DNA from: Zygnema circumcarinatum SAG 698-1b
Taxonomy: Eukaryota > Plantae > Zygnematophyceae
NCBI GenBank assembly: GCA_037447605.1
Contig: CM074805.1
Location: 4,993,361-5,057,360, forward strand
Length of the DNA stretch: 64,000 bases
Direction of reading: 5' to 3'
Positions 33,710-47,448 of this stretch are shown piece after piece. Positions within the stretch are counted from its first letter, which is position 1. Each line of letters starts with the position of its first letter. The notes beneath the pieces were generated by a model, which worked only from the letters and a program-made list of their open reading frames with translations, made no database searches and was not told where the DNA came from. Position numbers and translations under genes: made by a program.

Positions 33710-36700
33710 ATGGCTGCCTCCTCCTCCTTTACGTCCTCCCTTCTCCCGGCGGCCGCCAAACTCCAAACGCCCGTACGCGCCGGCCCCTCCCCTTCCGCCT
33801 CCCTGAAGCCCCTCCCCACCCCCAGATCCTCGCCCCTCCTCGCCTCCTCCGCTTCCTCCCCCCTCTTCGGCTCCAAGCTCGCGCACTCCGCGCGCGCCCT
33901 CTCCTTCTCCCGCACGGTCGCAGTCCTCCAGAGCACCGCCCCCGCCCCCGCCAGCACTGCGGGCGCCGCGCGGGCCCAGGCCGGCGAGGTCTCCGGCAAG
34001 CCGACCGTGCTGGTGTCGGAGAAGCTGGGCGACGCGGGGCTCGAGCTGCTGCGCAAGTTCGCGAACGTGGACTGCTCGTACAACCTCACGCCGGAGGAGC
34101 TGGCCGCCAAGATCTCCCTCTGCGACGCGCTGGTCGTGCGCAGTGGCACCAAGGTGACGCGCGAGGTGTTCGAGGCGGCCAATGGGCGGCTCAAGGTGGT
34201 GGGCCGAGCGGGCGTGGGCATCGACAACGTGGACCTGCAGGCCGCCACGGAGGTCGGCTGCCTCGTCGTCAATGCGCCCACCGCCAACACCGTGGCCGCC
34301 GCCGAGCACGGCATCGCGCTGCTCTGCGCCATGGCGCGCAACGTGCCGCAGGCCAACGCCTCCATGAAGGCGGGTGAGTGCGGTCGGGGGGGAGAGGGGG
34401 AGAGGGAAGGAGGGGGAAGAGCGCTGAAGCAGAGGGGGAGCTGAAGGGAAAGGGGAGAGGCGAGGGTGGGCGGTTGGGATAGGAGAACTTTATTGGGGGC
34501 AGGTGAAGGGTGGGTTTACGGGGAAGAGGGGTAGGGGACTGGAAGGAGGCAAACATTTCCTAGATTTAACGGAGAATGGGAGAGGAGAGAGGGAATGGAA
34601 AAGGCACGAAGCACTGTCAGGGAGGGCAATGTTAGAGTTTTAGGAGTTGTGTCAGGAATTAAAAGGTATCTTGGGTTCAGGGCCTTCAGATCAGAAAGAA
34701 AAACCAATGTATTGAAGATCCCTGTCATCACGGTTAACTCTACCATTAGAACCAAAATGTCTAAAAGATGTACCCTCATCAAAAGTATCAGGTCCACTAA
34801 TGTCAAGTCAATCTCACTCTTCAAACCCCCCCGATCTGAACGCCATTTTTACAGCACCACGTTTCACCCTTCCATTATAAACCCTCCGTCAAAGCCCCTT
34901 CTCGTCCCCTACGCGCGTTGTGGCACCACCTTCCCTGATATGCGCCAATAGACGCAGTTTCTTGTGATTTCTGACCCCATCTTGGACTTCATTGCCTCTC
35001 CGCACGCAGGTGAGTGGAAGCGCAACAAATATGTGGGTACCTCCCTGGTTGACAAGACCCTCTCCGTAATGGGCTTTGGTAAAGTGGGCTCTGAAGTCGC
35101 TCGGCGGGCCAAGGGCCTGGGCATGCACGTGATCTCGCACGACCCCTACGCCCCCGCAGACCGAGCGCGCGCCATCGGCGTGGAGCTTGTGAGCTTCGAC
35201 GAGGCGCTCGCGCGCGGCGACTTTCTGTCGCTGCATATGCCGCTGACTCCCGCGACGGACAAAGTGTTCAACGACGAGAGCTTCGCGAAGATGAAGAAGG
35301 GCGCGAGGCTTGTGAATGTGGCGAGAGGGGGGGTCATCGATGAGCCGGCGCTGCTGAGGGCGCTGGAGAGCGGCCAGGTCGCGCAGGTGAGAGGGGAGGT
35401 AGGAGGGAGGGACAGAGGGAGGGCGGAAGGGAGGGAGGGAACGAGGGACGAGGGGGTGGTGGAGTCTCTGTTCGGGATGGGAAATGTGGATCCATCATGC
35501 TGAGTGCCGGTGTGTTGTGATTGAAAGAGATATCCTGTTTCAGTCAATGGATAAGTTTAATTGAACAGAAAGCACGTCGCTCTGTACCGTTTACGACGGT
35601 TGCCTTTTCCCTTGACTCACGCGCAAACGCTTGTTCCCTGTTTGTGGGGTCCACTAATTTCACATCGCGGCAATCTCAGTTACAGTTTAGTTGGATTTTG
35701 CAATTGTTGCACCCAAATTAGTAATCTTTCAGCAATTTCATGGTTGACTAATACCTTTTTTCGGCGTTCTTCAAATGTTTTTGCTGATAACTCCGGGTTC
35801 AGCTGGCAGTCTGAAAGGGACACTATTTGGCTGATGATTGCTAAATCATGAAGTGGCTCTTTCAAATGCTCCTTCTCTGCAGGCCGCGTTGGATGTCTTC
35901 ACGGAGGAGCCTCCTGCAAAGGACGATCCTCTTGTTATGCACCCCAACGTGATTGTGACGCCTCATCTTGGAGCAAGCACCACTGAAGCGCAGGTGTTTT
36001 CCTAATCTGGAATGATTGTCAGGATTTTTTGGTACCCTTTGTTGTGCGCTATTTTTTCTGGTTCCTTTTTGCTGATTTTACATCAAAGCAAGGCCAATCT
36101 ATCAAAGCCTGTGCATAAAGCATGGCGCCTTTGACGTCAAGAAGTGGCCTTTTTCCTTCTTTTCTAAAAACCCTAAAAACCCTAAAATATTGCGACTGGT
36201 CAATGCGGATGCTTCTCCTTGCAGGAGGGTGTTGCTTTGGAGATTGCCGAAGCAGTGGTGGGAGCACTGAAAGGGGAGTTGGCGGCAACAGCTGTTAATG
36301 CACCGATGGTTCCCGCAGAGGTGCTGCGCCCCTCTCTCTCTCACTCTCACACACACACACACACATTCTCACGCACACTTTCATTTCTTGCCTCTTTCTT
36401 GTCTTCTCACTACCTTCCCCTTTCTCTACCCTCCGTTCTCTCCTTCTCATGTTTCTCGCCCCTGGCTCTTCCTCTCCATGGTACACCATGCACCACATAT
36501 TCAAGACATGATGTTAGATTGCTAGTTTAGTGGGAGGACATTATTTTCAATATGAAAAATAGCAAGTATGCAAAAAATTGTGAGCGGAAACTTGATGCTT
36601 TGTTGAACCGAATGAAAGGGAGGCATGAGGACAAACGAACCTGAAACATGTCTCAAGTTATGTTTGCTCTCGAGAACATTGTATGCCACTTAAACTCCAA

Positions 36701-37507
36701 GAAAACCAAGTGCCCGAAAACCTATCAACACCCCAGAAGCTCAAAAAAGTTTCAACTGTAATTTTCGACGAGATTCAGAAACATTTGTAAATTTCGTGAG
36801 AATTCTTTTTCATGTGTTTGAATTGCTTCTTCCAGGTTCTTGTGGAGCTCGCCCCCTACGTCTCCCTCGCAGAGCGGTTGGGCCGCATGGCGGTGCAGTT
36901 GGTGAGCGGAGGCGGCGGTGTGAAGGACGTCAAAGTGACCTACCGCTCCGCGCGAAACGACGACGATCTTGACACGCGGCTGCTCCGCGCCATGATCACG
37001 AAGGGCATCATCGAGCCGGTCTCCTCTGCCTTCATCAACCTCGTCAATGCTGACTACGTTGCCCGGCAACGAGGCATTCGAATCAGCGAAGAGAGGCAGC
37101 CGGTTGACGGAGACGAAACCGTTCCCTTGGAGAGCATCCAAGTGCAAATCAGTCGCGTGGAGTCGAAGTTTGCGTCCGCAATTGGCGAGGTCGGCGACAT
37201 CACACTCGCAGGGAGAGTGAAGGAGGGGGTGCCCTACCTCTCCAAGGTGGGCAGTTTCAGCACAGACATCAGTTTGGAGGGCAGCATCATCTTGTGCCGC
37301 CAAGTGGACCAGCCGGGCATGATCGGAAAGGTGGGCTCTATTTTGGGAGAGCATAACGTGAACATCAGCTTTATGAGTGTGGGCCGTACAGGTCCCCGCA
37401 AGCAGGCGGTGATGGCCATTGGGGTGGACGAGAGGCCCGACAAGGAGGTGTTGCAGGCCATCGGCTCCGTTCCTGCCATTGATGAATTTGTGTTCCTTGA
37501 GCTGTAG
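33710..37507 (+). CDS. PGDH: D-3-phosphoglycerate dehydrogenase, chloroplastic
   Basis: Ser/Ala-rich transit peptide then [11 protein letters not shown]...[12 protein letters not shown]...NTVAAAEHG; [18 protein letters not shown]; [23 protein letters not shown]; ASB and ACT domains ([27 protein letters not shown]). Exons ~33710-34374, 35010-35386, 35882-35993, 36224-36319, 36836-37507. Confidence 0.97.
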
Positions 37508-38399
37508 GATTTTTTCTTAGGTTTTTTTCCTCCAATGGAAGGTTATTTTGGTGACAGAAAAAGAATAATTTTGTGGGCCCGCGTGGTACAACAGCAACTA
37601 AGAGCAGGTTGTGGTGCTGAGGTGGCAAAGGTTGCGGGGTAATTTTGGAGATAGGAGTTTATAGGTGCAGAACTTGAGGATTTTTTTGTTGGCAAAAGAA
37701 AGGGTTTTAGTCAGTGTAGAGGAGGTAAGGGGATGGCTACTGTGTACGAGCGGAGGGGAGGGAGAGTAGCGGGATCGATGTCCAATTGAGGGGGCCACAA
37801 TTTTGCAATATAAGTCTCCACTTGCTGATGGGGAGTGTAGGCGTAGGTCAACTTTGATTAGGCGAGCAGAGCAGAGCGAGGGGCACTCTCTGCCTAAGCG
37901 TTGGGTCGTTGGGGCTGAGCCTCTCATAACTCATGCGTCGCGTGGGTGTGGCAACTCAGCATGCGTGTGGGGGGCAGGGCAGTGCAGTGGCAAGGTCTCG
38001 CCAAAACTTATGGCGGATTATATGACAAAATTCACAAAGTTTCAATTTTGATGGGCCCCAACAGTTGAAGAGGTGGCCAGTCTTGCAACGAAGAGAATTG
38101 GCCTTTGCAACGCATCCAGAATGTCATATGTGGTTTGTAGTTTTGTGGTTTGTGGTTTGCGGGTTTTGGTTTGCTCATGGTTTTGGTTTTCTCTTCATGG
38201 CTCTGCACATTTCATGCGCATGTTCGTTGTGCTCATCTCGCCAAGACCGTACAGGCGGAGCTGTATAGAGAGTACGGATGTACGGATTGGGGGCGATGGT
38301 CAACTCGGTATATCGGGCGAGGCCGCTCGTCGATACCGTACCGACATTGCGCTGCGGCCGGCGGGCTGTGGCGCGCTCACGAGAGAGGCGTCCCCTCGC

Positions 38400-38520
38400 G
38401 GAGGGAGGAGGGAGGAGGGAGGAGGGAGGAGGGAGGAGGGAGNNNNNNNNNNAGGGAGGGAGGAGGGGGAGGAGGGAGGAGGGAGGAGGGAGGGAGGGAG
38501 GGAGGGAGGGAGAGCGGGAG
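38400..38520. repeat. (GGAG/GGA)n purine tract with N gap upstream of the TGT gene
   Basis: Seen directly. Confidence 0.85.
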
Positions 38521-38587
38521 AGCAGGAGAGCAAGGGTGGCGAGGGCGAGCGGGAGGGAGAACGAGAGGCGCGGCAGGAGAGAGTGCG

Positions 38588-41500
38588 ATGATCGCAGCGC
38601 CGCGCTTGCTCTCCCGCAGTGACTCCGCGGGCCCGCTGCTTCTTTCAGGCGCCGCTCGCTCGCGACCTCCGCGGCGCTCCCGCCCGCCTCCTCCTCCTCC
38701 TCCGGGGATTAGGCCCCCCTCCTGCGATTCGAGCAGCAGCGAAAACATGGCCCTTCGGTTTGAAGTAAGCTGCAAAGAAAGCTCAACCCGATGCATGCAT
38801 GCAGATAGAAAACGAACCCAGAGCCTCAAGATTTGGAAATTGCGAATGACACGAAACCCTCAACCTTGAAAACATGTGAAAGTCTTGCGGATGGCTAGAG
38901 GTTCCAGGTCGCATTCACTTCAGGCGTTTGTGACTGAGCAATGAGCAAATAAGTCATCAGTTTATTGCTGAGAACGTCGGCACAATTCTTTCAAGTTTGG
39001 CCTGTTCGGATTCATGAAACAAATGAGCAGAAATAAACGATTTTCTCTTGAAGTGAACCATAGCATTTGCATTATTTCAACACTGGTTGAAGTTAAGAAA
39101 ACGAGGATCTATGAAAACGATTAGAATAGAGTAAGTAATTTCGGTGTCTATTTAGGCGGACATCAAGATAGGGTACTCAATTTTGTGAATGCTTTCTTGT
39201 GTAGACTTCCAGCGCGACACTAATCCTGGGCAGTTCAATGCGGCTGTCCCAGTTGGAATGATTACATTTTCTTTTCTATATCCATCTTTGGTTTCTAATT
39301 TACCTATTTTAGGTGAATTAGAAACCAATTTGTGGGCACGCGGTATGCTCTCGCTCGCTAGCTCTCTGTGGACCAACGGGGGATATCTCGCCTCTGGTAT
39401 TGCGAGAGTCTGCTGCTGCTGTGGCAGCTGTGCGGAGGCTGACATGGCAGTGGGTCTGCAAGGTTTTGGCGCGTTACAAGCGAGCGCGCGCCTCGCGGCT
39501 CACCTTGCCGCACTTCGCGGCGCACACGCCCATGTTCATGCCTGTGGGGACGCAAGGTGCGCCCGCCCCTCGCGTGTACCCTCTCGGAGCCCTAATTTCT
39601 CACTTGCATTTTCTCTATCTCTCTCTCCCCCTCTCTCTTCCTTCCCTCTTCTCCTCTCCTCCCTTTTCTCTCCCGCAGCTCTCCGCATCTTCCTGCCGTC
39701 TGCCTTGCAACAAAGAAATGACCTGAGCAACAAAACCTGAGAGAGCACATAAAAAACTCGAATCCCATTGTAGGGAAAGGCCTATTTTTGTATGCAGGTA
39801 CAATAAAGGGATTGACCTCGGAGCAATTGCAGGAGCTAGGGTGCCAAGTCATTTTGGGGAATACTTATCATCTGGAAAACCGGCCGGGATCTGAGATCAT
39901 CTCTGAAATGGGGGGGCTCCATTCCTTTATGAATTGGCCTCGAGGCCTTCTCACGGATTCCGGAGGCTTCCAGATGGTAAAGTCTTATGAGTCTGAATAT
40001 GAGCGGTTTGGCTGAGTGTGGATAGGCTCTAATTTATTCCATCTCGAGTCTCCTTTGTCTCCACTGTTGTAATGTTTCAACCATAGCTTTTAAACATTCT
40101 AAACGTTGTTCTCTTGCACTTTATATGGCAGGTCTCTCTGCTTCACTTAGCAGACATCACGGAAGAAGGAGTAACTTTTCAGGTTGTCTGCTTTCCGGGC
40201 TCAAAACCCTAAACTCTTCAAAACTGCTGTAAACATCATGGATGCTTTGATTCATTTTGAGATCTTTGAGATATGGTTAACACGTGTTGATTCCATTGGT
40301 CGTCTTCTTTCGTGCCATTGCCATCGCAGTCCCCAGTAGACGGAACTCGCCTTCTTCTCACGCCGGAGGAGTCCATTCGCATTCAGGTGCGTGCGTGCTT
40401 GGCCCCTGTTTGCTTCGCGACCGCCATAGAAAGTGGGGCGACTGCGGCCGAAGCTGACGAGTTGAGAAGATGTGGAACGCGCGGGGGGTGGGAAAAGAGT
40501 GCAGAATAGGATCGGCGCTGACATCATCATGGCCCTTGATGATGTCGTCAGCAGTCTTGTGACAGGACCACGCATCGAAGAGGCGATGCACCGGACACTG
40601 AGATGGATCGACAGATGCATTCAAGGTTCGCACTCTCCCGAACCCCCCTCCTCGCTCTCTTTTTTACTCTCTCTCTACCTCCCGCTCACTTCGACTCCTC
40701 CCCTTCTCTCGGCCTCGGAACCACTTCCCTGAGTTTTATGATTCCCCTCAGTCTCCCTCCAATTTGCTACTTCTTCTTTCTCCCTCCGCTCCATACTAGC
40801 CCTCCTTTCTCTTGCGTTCCCTCGTTCTCCGCCCTCCTCGCCTGTCTGTTTCTTCTCCAACTTCTCTCCGCCGCATGTTTGGGTGCAGCCCATTCTCGCC
40901 CCCATGAGCAGAGTCTCTTTGGAATTGTTCAGGGGGGGTTGGATCCGAAAATTCGGTATGTATTTCTTTATCGTAAGCCGCTGATGGATTTGGAAGCTGG
41001 CAATAAAGTGTTTGTTGTCTGGCAAATGTGTGAGTTCCTTTTGGAGCTTAGAATATGTGGGTGCGATTATACTGGGTCGCTCCATTTTGCTCTCTATTTT
41101 CACGAGTCTGCGAAAACACCCTCGTTTTCATGGAAGTTCGCTTCATGTTGTTCGAATTCAAAAAGATAATCCCCTTGTCTCTATTGGGGTAAAATATTTT
41201 TTGTCAAAAAACTAACTTGTGTGCCTGTGTTTCTGCAGAGCTGAGTGTTTGGAAGGCCTCATAAAAAGAAACTTGCCGGGGTAAGAATGTCAAATAATTA
41301 CATTTGTCTACTTTGGTGACTGAGCCGTATTTCTTATGAAGGATCACGTGATCAATAGTGAGCAGCTATTTGTTTGCTTACTTCCTCAGGGTGGCATCTG
41401 ATCTTAAATGAAATGAGAGAACGGTAATGGAAACACGAGCAAGTGTATTTCTTTCCGAATTTCTCTCCTCTTGTTGGATCCAAGCTTGCATGCTGACAAT

Positions 41501-43187
41501 TAAATCCATTTTGGTGGGTGTGGGACGGTGTCTAAAGGGGTGTAGGTATGCCATTGGAGGGCTGGTTGGGGGTGAAAGTAAATTTGATTTTTGGCGCATT
41601 GTTTCACAATGCACTGCCAGGCTGCCCGACAATAAACCCCGTTACGTAATGGTACGTTTTTTTCCATTTCGTGGGACATGCCAGAGTATGTGAAAGTGCC
41701 TTCTTTAGAGGACGATAAAGTCCAAAACATGTGTGTTCTGCAGACATCGAACGCAGAAATGTTGCGAATTAGTCCCAACCCTGCCTGCAGCCTCACCCTG
41801 AACCCCGACGTTGCGCGCTGGCCCTTAACCCTGCTTCCACGTGGCGGGCGCGGATTGGCGCAGGGCGTGGGGTACCCTCTGGACGTGGTCGTGTGCAGCG
41901 CGCTCGGGGCGGACATGTACGACTGCGTCTACCCCACTCGCACCGCGCGCTTCGGGACCGCTCTCGTGCCGCATGTGAGAGGACTGGGAGGGGTAGAGGG
42001 AGGGGTAGAGAGAGTAAGGGTGGGGGGGAAGCTGGGGGAAGGGGGGGATACTGGGGGTGGTGTTGAGTAGGCGGTATCTGCACACTACAGTACTACTGTT
42101 GAGTGCTTGCTCGTCGTTTTGTGCTGTATGTAAAGATACATAAGAAAATTAAACGGCGACGACGACAGGAGCAGTGGTGGCGACTGCTTTGTCTTTGGTC
42201 CAGCTCTGGACCCACTTTTTAATGCGGTGCTGTTTAACCACTTCCCCATAAGCACACTCGTTGCTACTTTTGCGATTATTGAAACCCGTTATCTATGCAG
42301 GGTATGCTGAAGCTGAAGCAGGCGGCCATGGCGGAGGACTTTCGGCCCATTGATGAAAATTGCCCCTGCATGGTACGTTGCATTGGTAACATGTGCATGA
42401 TGAACATATCCATATGCGATAACAAAATTGTATTGTCTACATTGAGCATGCGATACGTGCTGCGCACACTATTGTAATCCGACATGCAGACATCTTCATC
42501 GATTTACTTTGTGAGCTGATTCAGGTCTGTCGAAGATATACCCGAGCCTATCTGCACTCCCTGGTGTCAAAAGATCCCATCGGCTCCCATCTTGTGTCGT
42601 ATCACAACATTGCCTATATGATGCAGGTAGGGCCCTGACGTCCACTTGAACGAAAGTTGATCTCATGTGCTTTAGTTTCAGTTCAGTTCCAGTTGAGCTT
42701 GCCACTGACACCAGAAGGTGGAGCTGTGAGGGTTGACAGCTTGGCCAGGGCATAAGGGACTCCATAACAGAGAACCGATTCAGCGAGTACCGTCCACTTT
42801 CCTTTCGCCTTGTTCGGTTTGTCGTTGAGGGCCTCTCTGCCATTTCCTTGTGAAGGCGTCAGTTGGATGCTTGTGTAGCTCAGAGATCTCTGCATCAATC
42901 ATTCAATTTTGTTTTTTTTCCGAAGCTGATGATCGAGGGGGGCGCATGATTTGCAGATTTGTGTGCGACTTTTTGCAAAAGCAGGTAAGCCTCTTGAGGC
43001 AGCTTTGCAAGACCGCGCCTGCTCCTCCCGCGCATGTCGGTCAGTTCTGAATACAGTGATTGTTGGGTGCTGTGGGCAGTTCCCTCGGGGAGATGTTCCG
43101 TTGTGGGTGCGGGAAGCCATGGAGGCGGCCGACATCGACATAAAGAGCGTCTGTGCAGCGCTTCCTGCGGAGAGCTGCGCTGCATAA
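38588..43187 (+). CDS. QTRT1: Queuine tRNA-ribosyltransferase catalytic subunit (eukaryotic TGT)
   Basis: [119 protein letters not shown] (Zn site)/[14 protein letters not shown]; multi-exon, GT-AG. Start could be 38588 or 38747. Confidence 0.96.
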
Positions 43188-43860
43188 GAGGTCCTCTGCA
43201 ATGGAGAGATCTGTTCGTGCGCCTTGCCGCCCTGCTCAGCAGTGGTAGTGGCTGCAGTCACTACCTATAGGTGTACGCTGGATGTTGGGTGAAATAGGAA
43301 CTAAAAGGAAGAGCGTTGTGCAGGGAGGTTGTAGCTACGATTGGTTACTGAAACGTGCCTTATGTTGCTGTCAGTGTATTTCCAATGAGCACCTCATTGC
43401 TACACATTACACTTCCTGCGGCCAGATCTGGCAAGAGCACCGCGCCCCGGTTTCGCATGTTCGCACGCGGTGCCATGCAAATGGGAGTGGCTCGGTCCTC
43501 CAGCTCGAGACCGGGGGCGGGGGAGGAGCGTTTTCAAGCGTTTTCTATCCTGGCGCGTATGGCATGGCATGGCATGGCATGGCATGGCATGGCATGGCAG
43601 TCGGCACATGCCCCGTCGCATCGCACGATGGAACACATCGAGACATGGCATGTACCTGGAGCCTACAAAGGGCCTTATCCCTTTTCCTGCGAATCAATCA
43701 CAAACAACACAGAGGACAGGAAAACAAGCCCCAACACAAGCTCCAACACACGGGCCCTCCGGCAGACAACAGCGGCACATGAAGCGAGCCTTGTCACATC
43801 CTCTCAATTCCAAATTGGAAGAACGGCCCGAATTCACACAGAAAAGGCACTCAACACAGA

Positions 43861-46800
43861 CTACTCCCGCTTCCATCCGGGGCGAACCGGATCAATGGCA
43901 GCGAAGCCTTGGGTCAACGACTTTGGTCGGTCCTGCTCGCGCTTTTCACTGAACCACTCCAAAATACGGCGTCTCGGCACATGTGTCAGCTCCACGAGAT
44001 TCTGCACCATGGCTCCCTGCAAGCCCGCGGTCCAAACAACAGTCATCAGCGCAGACACTCGCTGGTGCAGCCCCCCTCTTCTCTTCCCAGTCCACGTGGT
44101 CTTCCGTTTACTTGAAAGCAGAAAGAAAGATGTGTCTGCTTTGATTTGTACAGACGCTTTCATGGAAACCAGAAAACGCAAGGAAAGGGGAAGGCGTTGA
44201 GAGATTGAAATGTCGAGGAGCACTCACGGTGGGATAGCGACTGCTTTCATAAATTTTCTCAAAGGTCGCAATATGCTCCTTTCGCAGCCGCTTCCTTCCA
44301 TGCCATTCGCGTTGCAGGTTGGGATTCCATGGTCCAGACTTTGCCACCTGGTCCAAACTCGAATCCTCCTCCTCCTCTAGTTCTGCATTTTTTGTTTTCC
44401 GTCCACTATCATCACTATCTAACCGAGCGCCCTGCTTAATGGCCTCCCCCGTCTCATCCTCTTCCAAGCCGAGGTCCAAATCTTCAAGTCCAGGGGGAGG
44501 GTTGGCCAAGAATGCCAACACATCACGTCGATCAAGCTTCGATTCTCCAACAAGCGCACGGATCTGCACACCATTTAGGATAAGCAGGAGTCACAGTTGT
44601 AAGTGAACCTCCATCTAGCATCATGGAGACTGACCATGAATGACCTGGCAACACCAAGACCATTTTCGCTTTCATTTTCATTTATCGGAGTTAACGAAAG
44701 CGGATAGAGCATCATACTGGCTTACATTCACATTCCTCCGACCGAGTTTGACTGCCTTTGCAAGCTTGCGGAGCTGCCAGCGCGCTAAATGCACCCGCCT
44801 CCTAGTGTCATCCTCTTCTTCCACCTGCTCTGCTGGTGCTGACGCATTGATTTTTCCTTCCTCCCTCTCACTTTGCTGCCTTGCCATCTCCGTGGAAGGT
44901 CCTGCCGTTGCTGACGATAATGTCATTCCTTCTGCTGCAAATGATCGTTCTGATTTTGCGGACAGTGATGTTGCGGCTGCTGCTGATGATGTTGCCAATG
45001 CTGCCGCTCCTACAGCAAGTGTACTTGCTGCTTCCACTACTTCTTTGACTCCTTTCCACTCGTTTCCCTTCCTCCCACCCTCTCCATCCCTGCTGCTGAG
45101 CTCTGTGACCTTCAACCCGTCTTGGCCTCGGCCACTTACTCCCTCACTCGCTTCACTACCACTTCTCTCCTGCTCACCCATCTCCAATACAATCGCCTCC
45201 TCATCCTCCTCGTCCACATCCTCCGCTACCACATCCTCCTCGTCCTCTTCCTCGACCTCCTCCTCATCCTCCTCCTCCCCATTCAATTCATCGTCCTCAT
45301 CCATAATCTCTCGCAAAAATGCTGCTGTGGTCTCCAAATCATTCTGCTCCAGTTCCAAAAGCTTCAACAGACCTAATCCACGCTCCCCGTCCTCCTCACA
45401 AAATTCCAATATCCCGTCAACAACTTCCAGAGCTAGCTGCATTTCCTCTCCCTCCACTTCCACCTCACCTCCCTCCTCCACCTTCCCCTCCTCTGCCGCC
45501 GCATTCATCTCCTCCAAGTGATGCAGAAGGCCACTCATTCTCTTCACAATATTCTCCGTTTTCCTCGTCCACTCCAGCTCCTTTCCGACAATCATCAAAG
45601 CCTCTCCTCCCTGCTTCTTCCTCTCCTTCATTTTCAAGAACAGCTTATCAAAAACAAGTGCTGCAACAGCTATATCCTCAACGTTGTAATCCTCCACCTC
45701 GAAGTCCTCGTTCTCCTCCTCCAAATCACTAAGGACCTCAGTCTTTCCTTCATTTTCCAAGATACTCAGTTCCAACTCGCTCTCTACCTGGCTTCCAAGC
45801 TGCTCCTCTTTTCCCCCGGCTTCCACCTTCACATCGATCACATCCTCAAAATTTTCGCCTTCCGCATCACTTTCGTCTTCTTCATCTCCTGCCTCCATGA
45901 TCTGTTCCAATACGCTTCTTGATGCTTCCAAGTCTTTCAAGTCCACACCAAGCGCACGGAGAAGGTCGTCTCCTGTCCCTTGTTTCTGCTTCTCTCTCCC
46001 GTCATACACAATCTCCACTTGCTCAAGCACTTTCAACGCAATTTGAATCACACCTTCGTCAATCTCAAAAGGTCCGGCACTCTCACTCTCCTCGTGCTCT
46101 TCATCTGCTTCCTCCTCGTCTTGCAGAAAGAACTTGACATATGAGGCCGCATTCTCCACTGCCTTCAACTTTTTTGCTGTCCACCTCAGCTCTGACAAAG
46201 GCCCATTTTTTGCCGCATTTGCACCTTCTTTCACTACTTCGAGCATCTGTCCTTGCAAAGCAGCAAGGACATCCCTTGCGCGCCGGAGCTCGGCTTCGTC
46301 GAAATCGTCAAGGCTCACGTCAACATCTTCTAACTCATCTTCCGACTCCTCAAAAAGTGAAAAAAAATCCTCCTCATCTTCATCACCACTGAGACCGGCT
46401 GCAATCGCAGATGGGTCATCCTTTTCTCCTTCCACTTCTTCCTCGTCTTCTGCTTCCAAATCGCTGTCAGAATCAGCATCAAGGGCCCTTTTCCCGCCTG
46501 CTGCTACCAAAGCTGCATTCAGCTCTCGCTCAAACACCAGCATCTCCTCCTCTGTGAGTTCAGCATCCATGTCAATGTCTTCTTCACCTAAATCTTTCGC
46601 AAGCTGCTTGAACAAAGCATTCAAAGCTTTGTCTGACATTTCCTCGCTATCCTCGTCATCATCCTCCACTTCGTCTCGCCGCTTCTTTCCCTTCTGCAGC
46701 GACTGGGATACTTTATCAGATACCCTAATTAATCACCCTATATTCAAAACGCAAAGCAAAAGTAACCAAAATTATTAAAACACGCCCTAGACCAAAAGGA

Positions 46801-47143
46801 TGATTTCAATTCCACTTACACGCAGTCGCCTCGGAACCGCCGATTGCATTTCTCCAGAGCTCTCGGCCGTTGCAGCAACGGGCTGCTGACGTCTGAGGCC
46901 CACTACACGCAAGCCTCCCTCACTTTTGGTGCCGAAGACGTCAAGGACGAACGAGAATTTTCCTCCTGCAATACTGCTCCTACAAAAGACGTCAAATCGA
47001 GCACCTGGACTGCAGACTTTGACGCTTCTGGTGCCGCTCTTTGCAAACAATTGGACCGGAAGCAGCGAGCAAGAGCTCGCCCTGTCAGCGCAGGAGCCAT
47101 AGCTGACTCGCAGCGCCGCTCCGCGCTGCAGCGAGAAGGCCAT
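43861..47143 (-). CDS. OCP3: OCP3-like homeodomain protein with transit-peptide-like N-terminus and greatly expanded acidic region
   Basis: ALNALFKQLAKDL..EEEMLVFERELNAAL; HLARWQLRKLAKAVKLGRRNVN/IRALVGESKLDRRDVLAFLANPPP; KRLRKEHIATFEKIYESSRYPT/GAMVQNLVELTHVPRRRILEWFSEKR, matching OCP3 motifs as I recall them. Exons ~46819-47143, 44729-46695, 44229-44563, 43861-44030. Confidence 0.85.
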
Positions 47144-47448
47144 GGCGGGGGCAGCTCCGCTTGTTGCTGCTGCTGCGAGGAGGGGTTTTGAGTGCTTCTT
47201 TGCTCCTGCGACACCGAAATGGCCCTCAGCTCGCTAGTCAGTCAGTCAGTCACCATGTCTCAAGCCCTGCGCCAGTCAGCCAGCCAGCCAGCCTCCCTCC
47301 CGCACCCGTACGGCCGCTGACTGACTGCGGCACTCGCACGCAGCCGCCAGTACGGCCGCTCCGCGACGCGGACTGACTGTACTGTACGGCCGGCGAGCGG
47401 CGGACGTCGGGCGGGCCCGCAAAGGCGAGGGCGCAGCGCAGGGCCGCC

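Noticed and set aside
36165-36190. AAAAACCCTAAAAACCCTAAAA telomere-like repeat in a PGDH intron
   Set aside because: Only two units; telo-box-like motifs are common in plant introns.
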